A program made the translations under genes and the position numbers. A DNA stretch of 59,830 bases, filler included, from Platydemus manokwari (lineage: Eukaryota), in NCBI GenBank assembly GCA_037951405.1. It is 5 parts of 5 records of this genome, joined end to end, with 100 filler letters (N's around TTAATTAATTAA, not from the genome) between each part and the next. Parts side by side here need not be neighbours in the genome. Positions count along the whole stretch, not along the records: positions 48,713 to 59,830 come from JBBMOY010899977.1; 4 more parts are not named here. One strand, given 5' to 3'. The first letter of the stretch is position 1, and each line of letters begins with the position of its first letter. Under the pieces are notes generated by a model. It ran no database searches and was not told where the DNA came from. It saw nothing but the letters and a program-made list of their open reading frames with translations. Positions 49,573 through 59,830 of the stretch are shown here, piece after piece.

Positions 49573-49826
49573 ATTGCTTATCATAAAATATTGGAAATCA
49601 AATTAAATGTCTGGATTGTTTCTCGTAATGATAATTAAATAACTGAACAGCTTATAGTAAATTGAACTCAAATAAAATCTGTACCCGGAATTTTTGTGAA
49701 TCAAAATTTACCCTGGAAATAATTGTGCGGAATTTATTGCTTACTAAATTGTGTGCTGACAGACTATGGTTGCTCATTCATATAGTTTCAATTTCTATTA
49801 TGTGTGCGTTTTATGTGCCATATTGC

Positions 49827-50025
49827 TATTTTTAGTAACATTCTATGCTTAGCAGCATGTGTTATTGTTGTTGATGTATGTCAGACATAAGTTACTATTT
49901 TAGTCTACGTTGTTATTTTTAGTAACATTCTATCCTTAGCAGCATCTGTTATTGATGTATGTCAGACATAAGTTACTATTTTAGTCTACGTTGTTATTTT
50001 TAGTAACATTCTATGCTTAGCAGCA
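49827..50025. repeat. Tandem repeat, ~81-87-bp unit, about 2.4 copies
   Basis: Unit TATTTTTAGTAACATTCTATGCTTAGCAGCA...GTCAGACATAAGTTACTATTTTAGTCTACGTTGT starts at 49827, 49914 and 49995. Confidence 0.92.
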
Positions 50026-51559
50026 CTTTTTTGTTATTGTAATTTTAGACATAACGCGACTTCTATGTTTAGGTTCTGATTAAATTTTCCTTATGGCACT
50101 GAGATCGATCAAACAACTTCAATTTTCATGTAATGAAACAAATCTTTAAAATTTATGGATATTTTTTATTGAAGTTTGATATATTTTTATTTTATTTAAA
50201 TTTTTTTGTACTTACTGTTCAATATTTGTTGCTTAATGGCTCAGATTAGGCTCGAATGGTTTCCCACAAAGTCTCCTAACACTAAACATTAGAAGACTAT
50301 TTAAATAATAAGAGCACTGTATAAATTAATAGGAATATGATACAAAACACAATATTTTATTGTGAATAAGGAAATGATAAAATAACTTAATTTTATGATA
50401 TAAGAATATATGAATATCAATTAATCGATAATGTATAATCAATATAATCATATAAGTAATAAAAAATTAATATTTAGTATTGTTAAAATTAACAAACTAG
50501 TGGTCCTATAGAATTAAAAAAAATGTTTAATCAAAATTTTGATAATCAAATCGATTTCAGATAACAAGGTAAAGTAGTATTTATAACACTTAAAGACTAG
50601 ACTACAAAAATTTGCTTCATACAGGCTCGCAATATTATATGTGGATTACCAACATCAGAAGCAAAACGTAATATTCTCGTTATGCTCACTATCTGTTGTC
50701 AATCGAATTTATTTTCTCAAATTCATTATTTTAACCTTTGTTTAATCGAGCCAATATGAAGTTCATTATAAGAACCACCAAAACAAACTGTTTTATAAAT
50801 TACTCATTATAGATAAAATCACAATGTTTTAAATTGGGCCAATCATTCAGCATTTTTTATGAATTGTTAAGTTTATATTTGAATTTTATATAAAATTTTA
50901 ACAATGATTTCCAACATTTTTGTCAACAAATTTAAATATAACATTATTTTCGGTCAGGCTCAATAACAATAAACTTTGATTACAAGATTACATTAAAAGT
51001 AGAAGCTTCTATAACAATTATTATTTGTATTCTGCTGCAATTAAGTAATCATAAGACCCAGATCAAAACAATAAATATTAACGAGAATACTGACAAGGAA
51101 GATATCCATTGAATAAGTTGATTATCAATTACTGGAATAATTATTAAATAACTTTACTAATCAGATCAAACAACTCAGCGACATAAGAATGAACAAGATT
51201 TTACATTTCTCTCATTCGACTTTAATCAATCCTTGAATTATAATTTCAGAGTTATAACTGAATAAATTATCCCATGGTAATATCTAATCAAAACAATGAT
51301 GATAATAATCCGTTGTTCATTGAGCGTGACGGAGAAAATTCCTAAATGAGGTAATTCGTTGAACTCTACTTTTCAAAATTTACTCGTCAAAAATGTTTTA
51401 ACATTTACAAATACAAAATTATTATAAACAGCGCAGCACACAGACATCCACACAACATTTGAATCAATCAAGCAAGAAATCAATAATATATATATATATG
51501 TCCAGATTTACAAACAATACTTAATTAAAGACAATGGAACGAAAATAATATTTCACATC

Positions 51560-52381
51560 TCAATTATCCGAATAAAACATTCCACTTCGAATGGTTCTGA
51601 TTAAATCTTTGATATGTGAGCCATCTAATTGACTGGCTAATTCAATACAATTAGCCAACGTTACAAATTCTCGACTAGATTTTGCAGCTAACCAAATCCA
51701 TCCGTTTGCTCCAATAATAATTTCGTGAGGTAAAATTCCCTGAAAATTAATTTATTAAAATCCTGTCTGACCTATTATGTATTTTTTTACCGATCCAATC
51801 TTCTTTAACAAAGGAAATAGATCCACATTTACTAATTTCCTTGATGTTGGAAGATCAACTTTGATAATTGTATCATCTAAATGATCTATAACACCCATAC
51901 CGACTGATTTTCCTACATTATTTACACAAGTAACTTCGGGCTCTATTCCACGACCAGCTAGAGATATTTGACAATATATAACGTCATTAATCTTTACATT
52001 TGGACGATTGTTTTTTGTAGCTTCTTGAAAATTTAAATAATTCAAACTCGCATAACAAGGACCACCAAAATCGATTATATAATAATCACCGACTTTTTTA
52101 ACAACTTTACCAATTATTCTATCACCTTCACATGGAATATAAACTTTGGTTTTGGATTCAATCCATATCAGGTTAGGTTTTTGAAACTTTAATATTCCAG
52201 AATGAGAAACTGTAACGCTAACTTTGCTTTCATCTTCTGAATAACTTTCTTCAATCACTAAGCCAAATCCTAAAACAAGCTTTTGTGATAATTCGTCTAA
52301 TGATTCATATTCGGCTATTATTGAACCAGGCATTAAGAATGTGTTAATTTTATCATTTAATTCGGGTAGATTATCAGTCAT
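51560..52381 (-). CDS. EXOSC3: Exosome complex component RRP40, complete two-exon gene (256 aa)
   Basis: Exon 1 52381-51791 (YIPCEGDRIIGKV, S1 domain, FQEATKNNRPN, EPEVTC); 51-nt GT-AG intron; exon 2 51739-51560 (PHEIIIGANGWIW, the GxNG motif of the KH domain) ending TGA. Confidence 0.96.
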
Positions 52382-53920
52382 TTTTAGAAAATGCGATTTA
52401 ATGTATATAATATTAAAACAACTTTTTCATATTTGAAAGTCATATTCAATGTGATAAATGCATTTAAAAATTAAAAAAATTAAATTAAAAATTAAAGCAT
52501 ATTAAATTTTATTTATTTAATAAATTTTAAAACTTTATTAATCTAAGAACATGATGGGAAAATATGTGAAATAAAAAAAACAATAAAAATAGTCTAAAGT
52601 ATGCTTATTGTTTAATTTAAGAACTATTTAAGTTATGAATTTCATTATTGAGAGATACAGTAAATTTTACCATTATTTTAAAAAAATTAAGTAATATTAC
52701 ATTATCAAAGATGTCAGGAGTTTGCTAAGTTAATATATAATTAAATAAATTTAAAACTCAAAAATTCATTTTGAATTATTGTGCTTCGAACAGGAACTTG
52801 ATTTAACAATTCTATTTAGCTCCTAAATGACTTCAAAAAAATGTGAAATATCAAATGAACTATGAATAAATAAATTTTCACAAAATGATAAAAAATCTCA
52901 AAAATAAAACTAGATTTTAAAATTATAAAATTTGATGATTTCTTTATTTCTTCTTCTTTCCATTTTCAAGTCTTAGACGTGGAAATTCCAAAAAGAAACA
53001 TTGCAAGATAAAAATTAAAATATTAATTTATTAATTAAGTCTTATCAACTACTTTGATGGGGGTCTTATGGATGGAGGCACTGCACTATAAATCATTATA
53101 AGTGCCTTGTAATTCCGGATAATCAAAAAATTTATACTCAAAATATTGAATTAACATTAAAGTGTGATTATTGTTTTTCTGATAATATTTAGCTTTTTTA
53201 TTCTTTTTCAATCAAAGTGGAATTTTAAATCAAATTATGATAAAATTATATTTTTTAATAAATTTTAAATAAAATTAAATAGTATACGAAAGCATTTTAA
53301 AATGAAAACTGAGCCAGAAGATCCTTTTTCTTAATCTAAGCCAATAATTTTTATTAACACATTGACAGACAATTGGAACAAATGGATTTCGAAATTGAAG
53401 GTTATAGACGCAAGTGTCCGTCAAAATAGTGCCGTTTTTTGTGCATAAAATGTTTTTTTTATTTTCATATGTTTTTGACAACGAGTTCTTCCCCGACAAT
53501 CATTGCATCGTGATCATACCATGAATTTTGTATTTTATTTATTTTTATAATAATATTTATTCTCATAATAAATAATAAAACATATGTTTTTATTATTATT
53601 AAAGGTATTAAATGTCATCTCCCCAAATACATATTTTTTCTGTTCACAATTTTTTAAATTAAATTTTATCAGCATTAAACAGTAATACTTTATTATTAGT
53701 CGATTGTTGATAATTGTTGATAATTTTTCTGGAGTAAGTCATCTGAATATTTGATTTAATGAATTTTTTATTATTGCTGGTGCAGAAGCTATAATTTAAT
53801 TTGTGACAGAGTCTATGATCTTAAAAAGTGCTATGTAGAGAGATACGTTCTCGAGTTGTTGTATTGATGAAAAGAGTTAGCGTTTTGAAAATAATATTTG
53901 GAAGTGAAAGTCTTTATTAA

Positions 53921-54064
53921 AATGAGATCTAGGGGTTCGCTAATGGATGGATAGATTATTTCTTGTACACAAATTCAAGGACAGAAACCAAAAAAATCTA
54001 TACATCAATCTACAGTTATGCCGTAATTGTATATCCGCCCCTCAGCGGACCCCTAGGTCTCATT
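53921..54064. mobile_element. Small hairpin MITE with ~33-bp imperfect terminal inverted repeats
   Basis: Left AATGAGATCTAGGGGTTCGCTAATGGATGGATA versus reverse complement of right arm AATGAGACCTAGGGGTCCGCTGAGGGGCGGATA. Confidence 0.7.
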
Positions 54065-57000
54065 ATATATAATAGATCATCAACAATCATATTCAGAAAG
54101 TAATTTGAAATAATTGCAATTATATGATTAAAGATAAAACTTCTTCCATTCCTATCCAATCGAAATTATCCAACAAAAGCTAAAGAAAATTATAATCAAT
54201 AGTTGTTAATATTGATTATTCATTTTAAAGGCGTTACTCTAATCTTAAAAACATTATTTTTATTATTATTAATTATAATTATTATTGTTATAAAGAAAAT
54301 ATGATTATAAAAATTATTAAAAATAACGCTATTATGTCAATAATAATAACAACAATCTAATAATCTAATAATATTATTATTTCATTATTTTTTTCTAAAG
54401 TAGAATAAATTAAACTCCGAGATTTCACATTTTGGCGATTAATTTAATCTATTCTCAATGGGTCTCAAAGTCGTCATAAACCTAATTAGATAGTTTATAA
54501 CAATCAAGTGATAATTCTATCACTAAATTCACAAGCACATTTTCTCTATTGATGGTGTAAAATATTTAACAACTCTAGGAGCCAATTAATTGAGCCGGTA
54601 TTGAAGACATATTCTTTAACGCTTTCACATTAATAAATGACAACTAAAAAACGGTATTTTCCATTGGCTTTGAAAAACTGGCGCCTTTTCTGCTATATGG
54701 TATTGATAAGGGGAAAAGTTTTTACCGAATGCACCTATGCAAATATCGGTGATTAATATTGGCCCATTAATTTCGGCAAATTGCAGAATAAATTGGGCAT
54801 CAATCAAATTGGTGTTTATATTTTTATTAGGTCATTTTCTTGTGATTTTCTTTTAACGGGCTTGAGTCCCCCCTGAGGATCCCAATTCTGAACACAACAG
54901 CACAATATCGATGTCAACAAGACATTTCATTTTCCACCATAAAATTCCGAAAGTTCGATTTGTTGTTCTTTCTAATCGCAATTTCGGCATCATTTGATAA
55001 GAAACCGATTGAAAGAATATTCAGAATTAATACATCGAATATTATCGAGATTAAAATTTTAATTATCTCGTCATTGAAACCGAATTCGGTTGGCTGAAGC
55101 ATCTTCAATTCTGTTGTTGACAGAGATTAGACAGATTGGGGGTATTGGCAACAGTGAATATTTATTTATATGATTTTGGGAAATATTTTATGCGTGATTA
55201 ATGATTTGTTTTAATGTTTTTTCCTCAACCACATCGTTATGGAAACATAATATAAGAATATTTCAATTTATGTTTTGTTACACGCCTCATTAAAATAAAT
55301 TATATTTAATTTCAAAAATATTTATATATTATTTCATTCGACATCTTAATATTTATTTATTTTTTTGAAAAATGTTGCTACATTGTCTTTCATTTTAATT
55401 TTATATTTTTTATAATAAATTTTCATTTCAGACTTTATAAATAATAAAATCAAATTATAAAATCATTCTTTATTTAGCAATGAATAATATTTTATTTTAA
55501 TGAGAATTTTAAAATTTCAACTCGAGCATTTTATTCATGAAAAAATATAAATCGGATAATTCTTGAGTTACTGTTAATAATGTATTACTAGCATTTTTAT
55601 TTTTAAATAACTCAGCTATATTTTGATATTTGTGAACTTATTCAAGATCAATTAGTGATGGACTAACTATTTGTTAAAGTTTTATTTGTAAATCTCTCAA
55701 TTTTTCAAAGCCGTTCGCAGTCAAAGTTTTATATCAATTTTATTTTTATTGTTTAAATATTTTGCTTCTTAATTATGGTGCTTATAATGACCAGAAGTCC
55801 GAAATGAAAAGACAGAACTTTTCAATGAAATCTATAAAATATTTTCTTCCTACAAATGGAAATAATTCATCATTTGTTTGATATCTAGATAGAGTGTATT
55901 GATGATGAATGGAATAAAGGTTTAAAAACGTTGTTACGAAACCGAGAAATTGTAAAACATAAAATTTGAAATTAATAAGCAATTAAAACAAGGAATACTA
56001 TCGATATATGTGGACAAATTGTGAGGAAAATTCAAATTAACTAATTATAATTTTAAATAAAAAAATAATTTTTAATAAAAATTTCAAATAATATTTTTAT
56101 ATAAAAATTAAAAAAAAAATAATTTTTAAATAAAAATTTTAATAAAACTTTTTAATTACAATTTAAAATAAATATTAAGAAAATCGTAATAATGACTTCT
56201 TTTGTAGCCGCTACTAACACACACACCATGTTGTATTTTCAGTGTTTTGGAAATTATGGTATGAGTTAAATAAAGGGCTCCTTTGAAATACTTTCAAAAT
56301 AATGAATTTTCGCGCATTGGATACTTCCATAACTTAAATTTATATATGGCTGCGATGTTTAATTTACTTGTATAATTCAGTTAATATCTCATTTTTTGCA
56401 ATATCAAATAGGGGCACAACATTGTTTTTAAACCAAGTTGTTATTCACAACACTTCTACGTGATTATTTGAGTTTTTAAATTTAAATTTTTATAATTTTA
56501 AATTGAGTTAGTTAATTTCGGTCATGTTTAATAACATTATTGATTATTTTTATAAAATAATTGTAAAAATTGAGAATATCTCTCGATTTGCTTCTGATAT
56601 TAAAAAGGGGTTCTCGATAATTTTCAATAAATCGCAATTCAACCTACTTTGACCCCTTTTTCAAAAAATAAAATGTTAGGAGATTTTTGAAGCTCTGGTC
56701 TATTTAATGTTTGATTTCAAACAACATAAATTCTTCTTAAGTACTTCAATAAAAAATTCAAAATGTTTTTAAAGAATATAATTAAATAAACTATATAGAT
56801 TTTTACACTCAAAAATTTAAAAAATTATTTTAGGACCACTTTTCTAAACTTTAGCCATTAAAAGACATTATTTACAAACATTGTATGTGGATTTATCTTA
56901 ACAGACAGTCGGTATGAGCAAATGATATTTAATAATTGTCAATGAACACCAAGGTATTAGTCTGATTGTTCAGTTTCGTCTCCAGTAGTGTTTCCAAGTT

Positions 57001-58980
57001 TACTATAAATTTTTAGGTTGTGTTTTAAAATTATTCTAAGCTTGCTTGCGATAAATTGTTTTCACGCATCTTACGCAAACCATTGGGTATCATTTTGTGT
57101 TTGAATGAAGTTTCTTACCTGGAAGTTTGATATATTTTAAATGTATGAAGAATGCGTTAATTTTAACTCATCGATAGCGTCAATTTAAATTTCATAATTA
57201 TAATCAGGAGAAACTCAAATAAGAAGTATTCAAAAATTCGAAATTACCTGACGAAAACACTTATTGGGAAATGGGAACAACCTGAGTGGCTAGACACTGG
57301 TGATAAGTATCCATAGAAGCCACTTTCTCAAAGTTAAAAAGAAACAATTACGATTGAAAATCTATGACGGTGACACATTAATATGTAGCTGCGTCTAATA
57401 CAGAATCGTGTATGGCATACATGCTAGAGAATTCCACAAAATTCAATTAACTACTTAACAATGAATAGGTCAGACTACCACAGCAACTCGGGAGGATAAT
57501 GTCTTGATCACAGAAAGATTACCTTCGATATAAAAGAAATTCAATCTCGGAAGATTATAATAATCAATCCTTTTATTGGCAGATTGCTCAAACTCGATTA
57601 AACACGCCATATTCTATAATTCCGGTTGTTTGGTCTGGCTGATCATATGAACTTAGGATGACCTGATACCGGATGTTCATTGCATTCCAGTGATTGCTCA
57701 GTGAATGGTTTAGAATCAGTTTAGAATCAGCAAAGGCATCTTTAAAAATCGGGTGACAGTATATACTAGACATCGACTGCCGAAAAGCAGAGGCATAATA
57801 CATTGAAAATTTGAGTCTTCAGAAAAAATGCAAAAAGAATTATGACTGATATTGAGTTTACTAGGTGCAATAATTAAAATAGGACTTTAAAATTTCCCTG
57901 CATAGATTTCAAAACGCTTTAATTTAAACAAATGTCTTTTGAAAATTCTTAAATTTTCAATTTTGGAGTTAATCAAGTTTTTAGTGATTTGCTTTTATAA
58001 CTTTCCTAAGAATATTTATTTACAACTTTTTAATTATTTTAAAGTTTATTTGAAAAATACGAAATAAGAGTAAATTTAAAAATCTTTATTAAGTAATTAT
58101 TGTAAATTAAATAAATTTTTTTAAAATTTAGATTAAAATTCATTTAACAGTTCCAGTATGAATGATTATAACTATTACTAAACTATTCTTAGCTAAGAAT
58201 AAATTTATGATATCTCGTTACTTCCAAATCATTGATAAAATATCTCCACATATTTTTGCTTAGCTTTTAACAATTAGTAGTTTTAAAATTCAATATAACA
58301 AATGTGGTGATATGATTCAAGTGCCATTGTTTTAATATTTTTAATAACCATTAGAGATTGACAATACAGCTAATTGAGTTTCATTTGTTGGAGAAGTTTT
58401 TACAGAAAACTAAATTTATTTTGTCTATCGAAACTTTTAAACAATTTGAATTTACAAGTTCCATGGATTATTAAACAATGGTTATTGTTTCAGTGATACA
58501 TCAAGAGTTGTTCATACAAAAACACAAGAACAAAATTTTGAATCACAATTTTTAAAGCATTTCAATTATTTGAAGAGTTAGCATAGTTTTAATGTTAATA
58601 TTATTATAAAATATTAACATTTACTATTAGCTTTTCGTTTAATAAATTTCGTCAAATAATTATTGCCTCGTTGTGTCGCTATTATCAAACTTATTTCAAT
58701 TATAAATAATTATTATAAAAAACGGTGGGTTTCGTTATTAAAATAAGTTATAAATTTGATTAAAATAGAGCTCCATAAAATTATTTATTTAAATTATAAA
58801 ATTCTTATTTTCTAAATTTAAAATATCTCAATACATTAAAATAATAAATGATGCCTGTACTTTTCGAATATAAACAGTGAACCTTATTATAATTCACTAC
58901 AAATTTATTTATACTAGGTAGAAATGTCACATGAGAATCATGATTTTAAATATCAAATGAAATCGTTTCTTGACATAGGG

Positions 58981-59732
58981 TTATGATTTCAGGAAATGAT
59001 ATCCTTGCCAATTTTGATTCAATTTCTTCCAACTTGCTGGTAGAGTACTGCTTGTATACATCACAAGAACACATGAGTCGCTACCTTCATCAAAGAAAAA
59101 TGACTTGCAATTATCTTCTCCAACACATCTACATACAAATGTTAACACATTATTTGATTTAATAAGAATTTTTTCCGTGATGCCCAATGTAGTTTGCTTT
59201 TCGAATAAACGTCTTTGTAACAACCAGTTTCTTCACCATCGTTATAGATATTCAAATCGCTTCTTTCGAAATGTTTTGAATCAGCCTTCGTAGAATTGTC
59301 TTTTACACATACTATTGATTTAGAACTATTACACGAATAATCATTAAAGCCTTTTGAAGTATACACTGAACAATCTTCTCCGTTGCCACCATTATTTGGT
59401 TCCGTTCTATCCCACAAATGTTTCGTATCCAAAGTCAAGGATCCATCAATATTCAACCATTTTGTTTTATTCGTGTATCTTTCATTTAATAAATCTGTCA
59501 TGCCTGCAAAAGAAATTTTTTTCTTTGACTAACAGTTCCAAATTATTTCAATTTCTGTATCCAAAGCTAGTCTTCCTCCAACGGAATAACAAGTTTCACA
59601 TGATTCACAGAACGTTTTTTGCATATTTGTTGATTGATAAATACACAATGATTCACATTGTTGGTAATTGATCGGACATGCTGATAATGCAGAATCCACA
59701 TGATAAAATAATATGAAAAGAAATGTTATCAT
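58981..59732 (-). pseudogene. Secreted C-type lectin + PAN/apple domain gene, probably pseudogenised
   Basis: ATG 59732 with signal peptide (MITFLFILFYHVDSALSA), CTLD (CPINY...C..C...GGRLA...FAGMTDLLNER...WDRTEPNNGGNGEDC...FNDYSC...IVC), then a PAN-like domain (GCY...KLHWASR|CVGEDNCKSFFFD...CVL). In-frame TAG at 59531-59529; 47-nt intron 59175-59129 begins GA instead of GT. Confidence 0.8.
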
Positions 59733-59830
59733 TTTAAAAACGAAACAAATTTGTATCAACTAAAATTGGAAAAAGAAACATTTTTTTTTAAATTATTGCA
59801 AAATTTAAAAAAAAATTATTGAATATGGAA

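Overview
This is AT-rich eukaryotic genomic DNA with many ~50-nt GT-AG introns. Composition, intron size and gene content suggest a flatworm such as a planarian (inference only). It is a scaffold of at least six contigs: four joins are artificial 100-nt spacers (N44-TTAATTAATTAA-N44) and one is a plain N gap. Host genes reconstructed by reading splice sites: (1) the 3' part of an MBOAT1/2-type lysophospholipid acyltransferase (+); (2) the first coding exon of a stargazin/CACNG-like claudin-superfamily gene (+); (3) the last two exons of STK11/LKB1, ending in a CAAX box (-); (4) seven exons of a TEY-type ERK MAP kinase lacking its N-terminus (-); (5) a complete two-exon EXOSC3/RRP40 gene (-); (6) a secreted C-type lectin + PAN/apple gene carrying three apparent lesions, probably a pseudogene (-). 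Intergenic and intronic DNA holds transposon relics: an intron-containing Merlin (ISXO2-like) transposase, a DD37D maT transposase, a mariner-type HTH N-terminus, a Gypsy-like gag with three zinc knuckles, a restriction-like endonuclease of a non-LTR element, three hAT Buster/Charlie-type MITE ends, a hairpin MITE and tRNA-like SINE candidates. I found no convincing novel multi-gene system. The most interesting items are a natural SPD substitution in the ERK nuclear translocation signal, the spliced Merlin relic, the SPIN-like MITE, the lectin-PAN pseudogene and possible antisense nesting of STK11 in a CACNG intron.
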